From a virus (taxonomy: Duplodnaviria > Heunggongvirae > Uroviricota > Caudoviricetes), in IMG/VR virus record IMGVR_UViG_3300043429_000511, positions 1 through 64,000 of that record: DNA of 64,000 nucleotides; one strand, given 5' to 3'. Shown piece by piece: positions 27,269-37,174 of the stretch. Every line of letters begins with the position of its first letter. The stretch's first letter is position 1. The position numbers and the translations under genes were made by a program. The notes below the pieces were generated by a model, which saw nothing but the letters and a program-made list of their open reading frames with translations, ran no database searches and was not told where the DNA came from.

Positions 27269-27918
27269 CTATCAACGTTTAACATATCATCTGTGTGATG
27301 GTCATCAGCACCAAGTTCTGAACCTATTTCTCTTTTCTTCATATCGTTCAATATCTTCTTCAAATCATATGGTGCGAACTCAGGGTTACCATCCATACCA
27401 ACATCCATTCTACGTCCATTACTATACTTTTTATGGTTAGGTAAGTGACAGTGTCCGTGAAGATGAACACGTCCTTTACGTAATCCATTCCACGACGATA
27501 TTGGATAGTGACACATCTCTATTGTTTCGCCTTGATATGAGAATTGTTCAAACCAATTCACGCTTAGAAATTTGTTACGAATATCATCTCGATTTCTGTC
27601 AATGTGATGGTCGTGATTACCTAAAACTAAATGAATATTCTTACAAATTAATCTGTTGTAAAATTCTTCTATTTGTTCAAATCCACCAAACGACCAGTCA
27701 CCCAAATGTATTAACACATCATCTTGACCAACCAATTCATTAATGTTATTTACAATTGCAGAATTCATTTTATCGATAGTTTCGAAATCTCTAGTTTGTG
27801 CTATCGGTATTGAACCATCAGGCATTCTCCATTTGGTAGTTCCTCGACATATATTACTATGATTGTAATGTGTGTCGGATGTTATCCAAACCTTTATGTG
27901 ATTATCTATCTTTATCAT
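27265..27918 (-). CDS. calcineurin-like metallophosphoesterase (putative 2',3'-phosphatase of RNA repair)
   Basis: ITSDTHYNH, HLGDW, LGNHDH, GHCH motifs; 4-nt overlap with ligase gene. Confidence 0.7.
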   Translation of the reverse strand: MIKIDNHIKVWITSDTHYNHSNICRGTTKWRMPDGSIPIAQTRDFETIDKMNSAIVNNINELVGQDDVLIHLGDWSFGGFEQIEEFYNRLICKNIHLVLGNHDHHIDRNRDDIRNKFLSVNWFEQFSYQGETIEMCHYPISSWNGLRKGRVHLHGHCHLPNHKKYSNGRRMDVGMDGNPEFAPYDLKKILNDMKKREIGSELGADDHHTDDMLNVDR

Positions 27919-27922
27919 CTTA

Positions 27923-28423
27923 CTAACAAAAATCTGTTGATGTACTTACTCGAAGTCCATCGATTATTAAATCGTCATATTTTTCATTATCAGTCCAAAA
28001 TGACCCGTGACCTTTTAGTCTTTGTTCTTTACGATATTCTTTATTAACAACCAAACCATCAGGTTCACCCCAATTAAGTGCCATCACAATAAACTCATTT
28101 ACATCTAACTCTTCTCCATATTCATCAACAACACGACCATCTCTAATGAATTTAAGTAGTTCTTCTTTATTGGAGTAGTATTTGTTATCGTGAAAATTCC
28201 AACAGAATTTCCAACCACTACTTCGTTTACCTAAGTGAATATTGGTACCATTAATGAAAGTGTCCCAAGGTGATTCTGAACCCCATTGGTCATCAACAGC
28301 GACTCTAAATCCACATTCAATGTTAGATGGTGATATGTCTAAATTGGTGATACTATGAATTAGTTTAATCTTTTTGTTTTCCATCTCTTCCACAGTTGGA
28401 ATTCGATAATAATTTGTTCCCAT
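27923..28423 (-). CDS. hypothetical protein between kinase and phosphoesterase
   Basis: 166-aa ORF. Confidence 0.45.
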   Translation of the reverse strand: MGTNYYRIPTVEEMENKKIKLIHSITNLDISPSNIECGFRVAVDDQWGSESPWDTFINGTNIHLGKRSSGWKFCWNFHDNKYYSNKEELLKFIRDGRVVDEYGEELDVNEFIVMALNWGEPDGLVVNKEYRKEQRLKGHGSFWTDNEKYDDLIIDGLRVSTSTDFC

Positions 28424-28478
28424 TGTTAGTAAGTTCTTTTACGTAAAAATACATATTATTATTGATATTACAAAATAT

Positions 28479-28508
28479 CAAAAAAAAATCCCCGAAAAAT
28501 CGGGGATT
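28479..28508 (-). terminator. rho-independent terminator (minus strand)
   Basis: atccccga-aaaa-tcggggat hairpin preceded by A9 on plus strand (U-run on minus). Confidence 0.55.
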
Positions 28509-28511
28509 AAA

Positions 28512-28946
28512 TTATAACTTAACGTTGAATCGGTCTTTCATTTGTTTGACTTTTTCATCCGGTACCCCGTGTACATTACTACTTCCGTGACGATTCTCAA
28601 CAACAAGAGTATGGACACGATATTTGTATCTTTCCGCAATTTCAAAATACTTCTCCATTTCCCACTCCTCGGTAAATGTATTTGCAACAACGATTCTACT
28701 GAATTCATTCTTCATTCTCTCAGCACATTTCAAAAGACAATCATTATGAGCCTCTTTCAATTTTGAACCGTCGAAATTGTAAATTCCTTTATCAGACATA
28801 AAGAAGTTATCCGCAGATAAAACATCGGGATTATCACCTCTCACACATCTCAAAATAACCTCACCTACAGTAGTTTTCCCTGAACCAGGTACTCCTCGTA
28901 GTAAGATTAAATCACCAATATATTCTTTATCTTCCATATTGTACAT
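28512..28946 (-). CDS. P-loop polynucleotide 5'-kinase-like protein
   Basis: GVPGSGKTT Walker A, SADNFF, ENRHGSSNVHGVP resembling T4 Pnk GCPGSGKST / RDDY / KRNSKRGTKAVP. Confidence 0.65.
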   Translation of the reverse strand: MYNMEDKEYIGDLILLRGVPGSGKTTVGEVILRCVRGDNPDVLSADNFFMSDKGIYNFDGSKLKEAHNDCLLKCAERMKNEFSRIVVANTFTEEWEMEKYFEIAERYKYRVHTLVVENRHGSSNVHGVPDEKVKQMKDRFNVKL

Positions 28947-28959
28947 TTTTATAAATACC

Positions 28960-29499
28960 CTACAAAGATATAAAACTTGGTAATTCTAAATCCTTATCTG
29001 ATATTCTTTTTTGAGTTTCTGGTATTTTCCAATCAATTTTTAAGGTTTCGTCATTGTAAACGATTCCACCTTCAGACTCCTTATTGTATTGATTATCAAC
29101 CTTATATTGAAAGATTGCATTGGTACTTAATACTGAGAATCCGTGTGCACATCCCCTTGGGACAAAGAGTTGTCTATTCAAAGACCAACCCAACTCCACC
29201 TTAACAACTTCACCGTAGGTTAAGGAGTCCTTTCTAATATCCACCACAACGTCCAAAACACGTCCTTGTGTACACGTTACTAACTTAGCCTGTTCATACT
29301 CTCCCTTTTGGAAATGAAGTCCTCTAATGGTCCCATAATGAGAATATGACATATTATCCTGAACGAACTCAACATCATATCCCACATTTTGATTAAAGTC
29401 TTCTTTATTGTATGGTACCGAGAAGAATCCTCTATCGTCGTGAAACGATTCGTATGTGATAAGAAAACATCCCTCGATGTCTGTCTTGATAAACTTCAT
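28960..29499 (-). CDS. rmlC: dTDP-4-dehydrorhamnose 3,5-epimerase
   Basis: cupin RmlC signatures RGLHFQ, VPRGCAHGF. Confidence 0.85.
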   Translation of the reverse strand: MKFIKTDIEGCFLITYESFHDDRGFFSVPYNKEDFNQNVGYDVEFVQDNMSYSHYGTIRGLHFQKGEYEQAKLVTCTQGRVLDVVVDIRKDSLTYGEVVKVELGWSLNRQLFVPRGCAHGFSVLSTNAIFQYKVDNQYNKESEGGIVYNDETLKIDWKIPETQKRISDKDLELPSFISL

Positions 29500-30443
29500 T
29501 ATTGAATGTTTTTAAACATTTGAGGTACTGTTCCATACACCGGTAACTTACCATCCCATTTATTAATGTACTCTAATTGTAACAACAATGGAGTTAATGT
29601 TGCTTGTTTTAATCTGTTTGATTCCGCTTCCGCCTTTGCAGATGTCAACATTGCTTGAGCGTTACCTTCGGCGGTTGCCACTTTAATCTTAGCTTGTGCC
29701 TCGGCCGTTTTAACTTCATTCTCCGCTCTCAATGCCGCTTGAACTGCGTTGTTCTTAGCTTCAATAGACTTCTTAAATGTCTCAGGATAAATCAAGTTAG
29801 ATGTGAATTGGTTGATAACAAATCCTTCTTTTAATAACTGCCCATCCAATAATCTACGAACTTCAATTTCAAATACCGCTCTGTTACTAATTAATTCATC
29901 GGCAGTATATTTGTTAGTAGCCAATCTGAACGCATCGTACACCGCAGTCTTTAAGAAACCTTCTTCAATGTCCTCTAATGGTCTACGATACTTACTAAAT
30001 ATGGATGGTACTTTTTCTCTTTGTACTGAATAGTTCATAATTGGTGAGACACTAAATTCACTACCGTCCTTACTATTCACAACAAATGAATTCTCACCTT
30101 TATATTCTTTATGTTGGATGAATGTAGGAAATTCATATACTGTTGTGGTAATTGGGTTGTAAAATACCATACCGGTCACCGCAACCACGGCATCAACTCC
30201 CTTATCATCACCATATTGATTTACTTTGACACCAACGTGTCCTGCGTCGATTCTCTCACAAGAGAAAAATAAAAAAGTTAATGTAAAAAATAATCCTACT
30301 CCGATTAAAATGTTTCTCATAATTTGTTTTCTTTTTTGTTGTTGTTGTTGATTAAATTCGCTCTCCATTCGGTCGAGCTCTTCTTTTGTTCTACGATTTC
30401 CGTATCTATCGTACTGATTATCGTATCTACTAAATGATGCCAT
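29499..30443 (-). CDS. SPFH/band-7 (HflK/C-like) membrane protein
   Basis: N-terminal TM, SPFH core and Ala/Glu-rich coiled coil AQAALRAENEVKTAEAQAKIKVATAEGNAQA. Confidence 0.75.
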   Translation of the reverse strand: MASFSRYDNQYDRYGNRRTKEELDRMESEFNQQQQQKRKQIMRNILIGVGLFFTLTFLFFSCERIDAGHVGVKVNQYGDDKGVDAVVAVTGMVFYNPITTTVYEFPTFIQHKEYKGENSFVVNSKDGSEFSVSPIMNYSVQREKVPSIFSKYRRPLEDIEEGFLKTAVYDAFRLATNKYTADELISNRAVFEIEVRRLLDGQLLKEGFVINQFTSNLIYPETFKKSIEAKNNAVQAALRAENEVKTAEAQAKIKVATAEGNAQAMLTSAKAEAESNRLKQATLTPLLLQLEYINKWDGKLPVYGTVPQMFKNIQ

Positions 30444-30444
30444 A

Positions 30445-30843
30445 TTATTTTGTTTTATTTATTGTTGTACGATGAGGTTCTATTGGAAATTCAGGTTTGT
30501 TTTTCTTTCTGGTTTTCACAAAAGGTTCGTCGGTCTTAACCCCATCAAATTGTTTTGGATTTCTTTTTTTCTTCGGTTTTAATTCATCAGGATTAATGTA
30601 ATCGAGTTCGGTTTCACCCGGTTCAATATTCATCAAACCATCAACGAACTTATCCATTTTAATGTAGTAATAAACAAATATTAAACTGAATAAACCAATG
30701 ACCGCAGATAAAATATTAAACATCGTATTTGATGCGGTTAATCCTGGAAATACAATGAATGTAAAAATTGCAAATACCCCGAAACCAATAAAAATTGGTG
30801 AAGATGTTTTCTCCGAGAAAACTTTTTTAAAAATGTCTTTCAT
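30445..30843 (-). CDS. membrane protein (possible NfeD-like partner of SPFH)
   Basis: two TM helices; gene abuts SPFH start. Confidence 0.35.
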   Translation of the reverse strand: MKDIFKKVFSEKTSSPIFIGFGVFAIFTFIVFPGLTASNTMFNILSAVIGLFSLIFVYYYIKMDKFVDGLMNIEPGETELDYINPDELKPKKKRNPKQFDGVKTDEPFVKTRKKNKPEFPIEPHRTTINKTK

Positions 30844-30892
30844 AGTTAGTGTGTTTTATTAAAATATATTGAATAATTTTCGTATTTCCAAA

Positions 30893-31213
30893 TTATTGCT
30901 CGAATTTTTTATAAGTCATCCCATAAAACCCGTAATTTGTTATTACCGATTCTTTGTCTCCCATTGAAACAGCAACTTCTTCTGTTGGGAAGATTGCATC
31001 GACAGGACATTCGGGTTCACAAGCACCGCAATCAATACAAGTGTCAGGATTAATATATAATTGTTTACCAAATAATTCTTCCTTCGACATTGTGGAAATC
31101 TCCGAAGCAATTCTATCTGTATGAATTGGTCCATTGATGGCATCAACAGGACAAACAGATACACAACTGGTATCTAAACAATTAATACATTTTTTTCCAA
31201 TAATATATGACAT
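30893..31213 (-). CDS. 2x[4Fe-4S] ferredoxin
   Basis: [14 protein letters not shown] and [12 protein letters not shown] cluster motifs. Confidence 0.8.
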   Translation of the reverse strand: MSYIIGKKCINCLDTSCVSVCPVDAINGPIHTDRIASEISTMSKEELFGKQLYINPDTCIDCGACEPECPVDAIFPTEEVAVSMGDKESVITNYGFYGMTYKKFEQ

Positions 31214-31222
31214 ATAATAATT

Positions 31223-31639
31223 TTAACTATCAAACCAAAAGACAAATCGAGGAACCATTCCGCGACTGTCAAGTGCTTTCATTATATCTAATACAAGATG
31301 GTAATCGGTTCCAACAAATACATCTTCATCTTCATTCTTTAACATCTCATCAATTAACATCTCATATTCATTTAATGATAACCAAGAATGTGAATGATTG
31401 TATTCGTCATCACCATTAGCTTCCCTAACTTCAAAACTTAGATTATCTTTTGGTAATCCTTTTGGTCTCACACCAAATTCCAATTCGGGGTTATATCTAA
31501 CCGCACCATCAGTTAAATAACCAAAGACATTATAGTTTCTACCTAAACTAAGTTCTTCCGAAACCGCATTCCATTGCGGTTCATCTCTTTTATCGTCCTT
31601 ACTACGATACTCAATAAATCCGTGAATGTCACAACCCAT
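31223..31639 (-). CDS. hypothetical protein
   Basis: 138-aa ORF. Confidence 0.45.
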   Translation of the reverse strand: MGCDIHGFIEYRSKDDKRDEPQWNAVSEELSLGRNYNVFGYLTDGAVRYNPELEFGVRPKGLPKDNLSFEVREANGDDEYNHSHSWLSLNEYEMLIDEMLKNEDEDVFVGTDYHLVLDIMKALDSRGMVPRFVFWFDS

Positions 31640-32225
31640 AATTCATTTTTTTTGATTGGTATATTACTTTATTCATAATAACTGTTTCTTTTTTTATTAT
31701 CTCATTAAAATATATCCACTCATTTGGATATTCTTTTTTAAGTTTAATTAATAATTCTGGTTTTGTTAAGTGTAATTTATTATTTAAAAAATCATACTCT
31801 TCTTTTTTATGTGGAAACTTATTGTTGAATAATTTTGACAAGTTTTTCAAATTAACAAAATCAAAATTTCTCTCCATATTTGGTATGTCTTCGTACAATT
31901 TTTCCCATAAATTTAATGACCAATGTTCTCCATAATTTATTTTAAATCTATCAACTATCGGTTTTAAATTTAATGATTCTAAATTCTTTTCTCTAGCATA
32001 TGTTAGGACTTCAGTATGTAAAGCGGTTATGAAATGTTCACTTGGTTCTCTATAAAGAAAATAGTTTATTTTATCTTTACCAATATACAATTTACTAAGT
32101 TCATAATGTGATTCGTACTTTGAAAATCCTAAAGGTTCTGTATAGTCAGCTAACCATCGAGTACCACATTTTAATGGTGCCGTAATATTAAATCCTCCAC
32201 TATACCAATACCTCTTTAATATCAT
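31629..32225 (-). CDS. sulfotransferase-like protein
   Basis: APLKCGTRWL (5'-PSB-like) and YREPSEHFITAL (3'-PB R.P....S-like). Confidence 0.45.
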   Translation of the reverse strand: MILKRYWYSGGFNITAPLKCGTRWLADYTEPLGFSKYESHYELSKLYIGKDKINYFLYREPSEHFITALHTEVLTYAREKNLESLNLKPIVDRFKINYGEHWSLNLWEKLYEDIPNMERNFDFVNLKNLSKLFNNKFPHKKEEYDFLNNKLHLTKPELLIKLKKEYPNEWIYFNEIIKKETVIMNKVIYQSKKMNYGL

Positions 32226-32227
32226 TA

Positions 32228-32893
32228 TTAATAAAACTTTCTCAATACTTCAATCACATCCCAAGCATCTTCCAATGCGTTATGTGTAACAATACCCTTA
32301 ACCCCAGCACGTTCTTTACAAGTTGTTAAATTTGGTAATGACTTATCGTTCACCCAATCAACCATTAAGATTGCAGGGTCCAATACTCTTTGACGTGTAC
32401 GAATTAACTTTTGCCACCAAGGAAGTTCTTGTAGGAATAGTTTATCGAATGTTCCGAAGTTTTTACCTGCAACATTCAATGTGATTGGTTTAGTTGCTCC
32501 ATTAATTACAGGTTTAAGATATCCACCACCCATTTGAACATATCCTCCACTATTACTTCCTTGGAAATATCCATTCCTTTCTAACCACCAATAGAATTCT
32601 TTAACGACATCATCTTCTTTATAGAAACTATAACCACTATGGGTGTCGAGGTTTTGTTTGGTCTCATCATCACCTTCAAGGTAGTCACCAATCATAGAGA
32701 TAAGTTCCTTATTCATTGTAAGTGCTCTCGGTGAACCAACGATTTCATTCTGAAGAACAACTGCATTGAACTTAGGACAATCTTCGTACGGTAATTTGTT
32801 TTCAGTATCTTCGATGATGGCACCGATGGATAATACTTTGTGTTTCTCGTGGTCAAGACCGGATGTCTCAATATCAATTGATACGTAAATCAT
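32228..32893 (-). CDS. DEDDh 3'-5' exonuclease (DnaQ/RNase T-like)
   Basis: IDIETSGLD (Exo I), HNALEDAWD (Exo III). Confidence 0.75.
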   Translation of the reverse strand: MIYVSIDIETSGLDHEKHKVLSIGAIIEDTENKLPYEDCPKFNAVVLQNEIVGSPRALTMNKELISMIGDYLEGDDETKQNLDTHSGYSFYKEDDVVKEFYWWLERNGYFQGSNSGGYVQMGGGYLKPVINGATKPITLNVAGKNFGTFDKLFLQELPWWQKLIRTRQRVLDPAILMVDWVNDKSLPNLTTCKERAGVKGIVTHNALEDAWDVIEVLRKFY

Positions 32894-33059
32894 TTTTTAT
32901 GAAATTAAAGGTGTGAATAACAGATGTAAAAAATATAACAAAAAAAATCAACAATCCAAAATCCGTATTGATTTTTGGGTAAAAAATGATGAACAATCCG
33001 GGTGATGCCATCACTAAGAGTACTTTAAGGAATTTACTTGTATTTTTCATAATATTCAA
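32874..33059 (-). CDS. small membrane protein
   Basis: 61 aa hydrophobic. Confidence 0.3.
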   Translation of the reverse strand: MNIMKNTSKFLKVLLVMASPGLFIIFYPKINTDFGLLIFFVIFFTSVIHTFNFIKNDLRIN

Positions 33060-33127
33060 TTAAAATACAAATATAAAATATATTCTTGAATAACAAAAAA
33101 AAACCTCACATTTGTGAGGTTAATTTT

Positions 33128-33370
33128 TTACATAAATAATTGATGTTTGGAGTGTAGTTTCATAACGTGTTTACAATCAGGTAGATTGTCCTTTCCTTCA
33201 CACCATCTAATTGCTAAATTTGTAAGTAAAGATGCATCATCACGAGACATTGAAACTTCACTTTCTTTATTAGATTGGTAATTTTTCAACATTTCATCCC
33301 AAGTATAGTCTTCGACTAATTTTACTACATTTTTAAGTTGTGATTCGGTAATTGCTATTTTCTTTCCCAT
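33128..33370 (-). CDS. hypothetical protein
   Basis: 80-aa ORF. Confidence 0.4.
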   Translation of the reverse strand: MGKKIAITESQLKNVVKLVEDYTWDEMLKNYQSNKESEVSMSRDDASLLTNLAIRWCEGKDNLPDCKHVMKLHSKHQLFM

Positions 33371-33399
33371 TTGATATATGTTTTTTTTATAATATTTTA

Positions 33400-34701
33400 T
33401 TAATCAAGATTAGTAACGTCGCTTGGTTCAATTAATAATTTTTCAAGGACACTATCAGGACTAACCTCTAAAATTCTAGATGTTAATTCTTGGAATAACT
33501 CTAAGTATAGTTGTTTGAATATGTCCTCATTCTCAACACAATTCATTGAATTTGGGTCCATATCACCAAGTGGATATGTTACACTTGCCCTAATTGGGTC
33601 AAATAAATTTCCTCTTTTAGATGCGAATGTTTGTTGGACTGTTCTAACCGAATTTGTTGCGGTGAATATTGCGTTTAATTTATAAACATCACCTGTAACG
33701 TTTCCAATAACGGTTAAGTCAGAAATAACGTTAAATGCTTTCTCACCTCTTTGAACTGCTTGTTTAAATAATTTATAAACCGGTGTTAATTCAAATTGTG
33801 ATTTGTCATATGCTCTTTGTGATGGGTCCCACTTTCCACCTGAGTAAACTTGACCAGCATAATTTCTAACCATTTTACTTGGGTCCGGTCTCTTGCCTTT
33901 TGGTTTTTCTCCCATCTCTAAAGACCCTCTAAAATTAAGAATTTTTTCAATTGCGTCTTGAATATCATCATCATCTCTAACAGTGTGATAATTGAAGTAT
34001 ATCTCAGGTCCACAAAACTTAGATTCTTTATTTCTATATGGAGATAAAATATTAATGTTTGATGTTGGTTCAGTAAAAGTTGATTCTCCCTTTAATTCAG
34101 GAATTCCACATTTATCCAAATGTGTTATTATACTTTTTTGATTAAAGAACGCATTAATTAATGGGTTTACAAGTGTTCTCTTAGCTCTAGCATCTTTCGC
34201 ACTTAACTCAAGTCTTTCTCTTACTTTGGCTCTTTGTTCCTCATCTTCTTTATTCCAACCGAATTTCTTTTGTCTTGCCGCTAATTTATCAATTCTTCTA
34301 TCCACTTTTACTTCGGTGTCAACGGCACCGCCATATTTCGTACCGTACTTCGGTGTTCTCGGTGGTGCGGTGAATGTACTAATCACATTATTATTTTGGT
34401 CAATCTCAATATATCTCGTTTCTTTTTTTCCATTTTCTAAATTGAGAAATTGTAGTAATCGATGTTCCAATGGACCGGTTCTCAATTTATGAGCCTTAAT
34501 GATACCTGGTTCTAATTGCTCACCTGTCTTTGAATCAATAGCATTTACAGGAATTCCTCTTATAGAATCCACGTTAAATGTCATTTGTTGGGGTAATTGA
34601 GAGGGAACCCACATAGCGTTAAGGGCCATTTCCGATAACTCATAGCTTTGAACTTCTTCAAGTATGAGTTTAGATATAAATTCTTTAGTTAAAAATTCCA
34701 T
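33400..34701 (-). CDS. hypothetical protein (large)
   Basis: 433-aa ORF, no recognisable motif. Confidence 0.5.
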   Translation of the reverse strand: MEFLTKEFISKLILEEVQSYELSEMALNAMWVPSQLPQQMTFNVDSIRGIPVNAIDSKTGEQLEPGIIKAHKLRTGPLEHRLLQFLNLENGKKETRYIEIDQNNNVISTFTAPPRTPKYGTKYGGAVDTEVKVDRRIDKLAARQKKFGWNKEDEEQRAKVRERLELSAKDARAKRTLVNPLINAFFNQKSIITHLDKCGIPELKGESTFTEPTSNINILSPYRNKESKFCGPEIYFNYHTVRDDDDIQDAIEKILNFRGSLEMGEKPKGKRPDPSKMVRNYAGQVYSGGKWDPSQRAYDKSQFELTPVYKLFKQAVQRGEKAFNVISDLTVIGNVTGDVYKLNAIFTATNSVRTVQQTFASKRGNLFDPIRASVTYPLGDMDPNSMNCVENEDIFKQLYLELFQELTSRILEVSPDSVLEKLLIEPSDVTNLD

Positions 34702-34923
34702 TATGTTTTGGTTTTATTCTATAAATATACCAAAACGTACTTTAATTCTTTATATTAGTAAAGCAATAGGAACTTTATTTCTTTTTCTTGAATAGGTCTG
34801 ATAGTTTTTTACCCGGTTTTAGAATTTTACCTGTGTTTTCGTCCATCATAGGTGCTCTGTAGATTTCAAAAGCAGTCCATAGACCTACCACTATCATACC
34901 AATTCCAATGTAGAAAAACATAT

Positions 34924-35250
34924 TTATTCAGTTTCGTGATTAAGGTAATTCTCGTATTCGAGTTGAAGATTTTTGTGTTTTTCGAAGAAAAAGTCTCGAG
35001 TGAGCTCGTGTCTACCTACTTCAATAGATATAATGAATAGTTCATCGTGTAGACTATCATTTTTCATACCGAGTTCATTTATTGTGGATTTTTGTTCTTC
35101 GATGGTTGATATGTCATTGTTCCACATAACTGTCATCCACAATAAGATTAATGTCAATAATACAATGACACCTTTTAATTTAGTTTCTGATTTCATAGTT
35201 ATTTGATTTTCCAAAATTGCCACCATTTCTTTTCTTTTGGTGGTAAACAT
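34924..35250 (-). CDS. membrane-anchored hypothetical protein
   Basis: TM segment VIVLLTLILLWMTV. Confidence 0.4.
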   Translation of the reverse strand: MFTTKRKEMVAILENQITMKSETKLKGVIVLLTLILLWMTVMWNNDISTIEEQKSTINELGMKNDSLHDELFIISIEVGRHELTRDFFFEKHKNLQLEYENYLNHETE

Positions 35251-35489
35251 TGTGAGAATGGATTATCACCAAACGACACCTTACCATAGTATTTTGATGT
35301 CATTATATTTAAAAAAACCTCGTGATATTTTTCGGGTATTGTACTGAAGTCGGCGGTTATCTTAACGTCTAGTGTTATGTCATCAGTATTGTCTGTCAGA
35401 AGTAATGTGTTTCTTAATTCGACAGGTTTTGACGTGGTCACACCAATGTGGTCACCTTGTCCTATATGTCTTAAATCGAAATTGTTCAT
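35199..35489 (-). CDS. hypothetical protein
   Basis: 96-aa ORF. Confidence 0.4.
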   Translation of the reverse strand: MNNFDLRHIGQGDHIGVTTSKPVELRNTLLLTDNTDDITLDVKITADFSTIPEKYHEVFLNIMTSKYYGKVSFGDNPFSQCLPPKEKKWWQFWKIK

Positions 35490-35551
35490 AAGTCAAATAT
35501 AAGAATATATTTGATAAATCCAAAACAATATTGAAAAATTTTAAGAAATAA

Positions 35552-37147
35552 TTAAGCCATACTACTAACAATCTTCTCTATCTTTCTACCCCCTTGGGCA
35601 ATTAGACTGTTAGATGCCTTATTGGAAGAACTCCAATTCTTTCTTGTTTCAACCGCAATATTTAAAAGTTCTTTAGGGTCGGTAATTCCTGAAGCCACTT
35701 TTTCATTCATAACTCTTGCGAATCTTTGGAACCATCCCGGACCATTCCATACCGCATACACGAAATTAAACGTAAGTCCTGGGTCACTCATTACAATTGC
35801 TCTTGCCGGTTCGGACATATAACTTCCCATATATTTTTGGAATAATGGTTTCATCATTTTAGGAACCAACTCTCTAAGTTTTGATTCTAAAGGACCACCC
35901 ATATATCCATATTTCCAATTAGTTCTTGCACCCGCTTCATCAATTAGTCTCCAAAACTCTCTAGCATCGGGGCCTTGTGTTTCCCAACCACCGGTTTTTC
36001 TATCCATACCCATCATAGTCTCACCCGATGCACCATATCTTGAATCTTTGATTCTACCGTCAGCTAACATATCAGGATGGTAATAACCACCCTCCAAATT
36101 ATCAATTACGATGTTAGCCATTTTTTCAAAATCAGTTGCTGCAACACCTTTTAAGTCAACCGCACCTTTCAGTCCTTTCATAGATGCATTACTTAATTTT
36201 GCAATATCTTCTTTTGTGATATTTTTAAGTTTAAGAAGTTCAATCATTTTAAGTAACATCTCCTTTGATGCTTTAACCATACTCAATGAACTTCCCCCAC
36301 CTGAGGCTGTTGAACCTCCAGTTGCCTTTGTTAATCCATTTACATAGTCCGCTAAGTTACCACTTGATAAACCTACGTGAACGTGAGAAGCCATACCTGG
36401 TAATGTCATAATCTTACCGATAACATCACCCTCTTTTACTTGGTCTCCTTTTTTTACATTACTTTCAATATGTGTGTAGAAAACATCTGGTTTACCATCA
36501 GAACTTTGTACTTTTACTTGGTCGCCATATATTTTTTTAACACCTACCTTTTTAAGTCCACCACTACCTTTAACAAATCCTGTAACCGTTCCATTTGTTA
36601 TGGAATAAACATCAGTACCTGCAGGTGCTGCGACATCCCAAGCATTATGACTTGGCCATCCTTCAGCACTATGGGTACCTTGACCTGGATATCCAATCAA
36701 AGAACCACCACCCGCACTTGTTAAGTTTACAGCTTCGTTTACTGTTTTACCTGATTGAGTATTGGTACTACCTGATGTTACATAATCATTTGTGAACTTT
36801 TGAACCGCAGCAGCAGTTTCAGGACCAAATAAACCATCAATACCATAATTCGGTAATTCGTATCCTAATAATTTTAAACCGATTTGCATCGATTCAACTT
36901 CATTTTTAAATGTTATTGAACCTTTTTCTTGTTGAGTAATTCCTTCACCAGCAGCAGCCTTCTCTAAGGTTTCATAAAAGTTAGCTAAGTCATCTTTTAC
37001 CGTATCTGCCTTCTTTGGGTCTGTACCGTTTTGAGTTGTCCCTGTAGTTGAAGCAACTTCCATTACTTTACCCAATAAATCTTCCGATAATATTCCGTAG
37101 GTTAATGTATGTATTCTTGTAATTTCCTCAAGTAATGTTCTTTTCAT
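35552..37147 (-). CDS. peptidoglycan hydrolase: PG-binding domain + M23 peptidase + C-terminal domain
   Basis: LKLLGYELPNYGIDGLFGPETAAAVQKF (PG_binding_1); HNAWDVAAPAGTDVYS and HVHVG (M23 HxxxD/HxH). Confidence 0.7.
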   Translation of the reverse strand: MKRTLLEEITRIHTLTYGILSEDLLGKVMEVASTTGTTQNGTDPKKADTVKDDLANFYETLEKAAAGEGITQQEKGSITFKNEVESMQIGLKLLGYELPNYGIDGLFGPETAAAVQKFTNDYVTSGSTNTQSGKTVNEAVNLTSAGGGSLIGYPGQGTHSAEGWPSHNAWDVAAPAGTDVYSITNGTVTGFVKGSGGLKKVGVKKIYGDQVKVQSSDGKPDVFYTHIESNVKKGDQVKEGDVIGKIMTLPGMASHVHVGLSSGNLADYVNGLTKATGGSTASGGGSSLSMVKASKEMLLKMIELLKLKNITKEDIAKLSNASMKGLKGAVDLKGVAATDFEKMANIVIDNLEGGYYHPDMLADGRIKDSRYGASGETMMGMDRKTGGWETQGPDAREFWRLIDEAGARTNWKYGYMGGPLESKLRELVPKMMKPLFQKYMGSYMSEPARAIVMSDPGLTFNFVYAVWNGPGWFQRFARVMNEKVASGITDPKELLNIAVETRKNWSSSNKASNSLIAQGGRKIEKIVSSMA

Positions 37148-37174
37148 AATATTATAAATATATGAACATCACAA

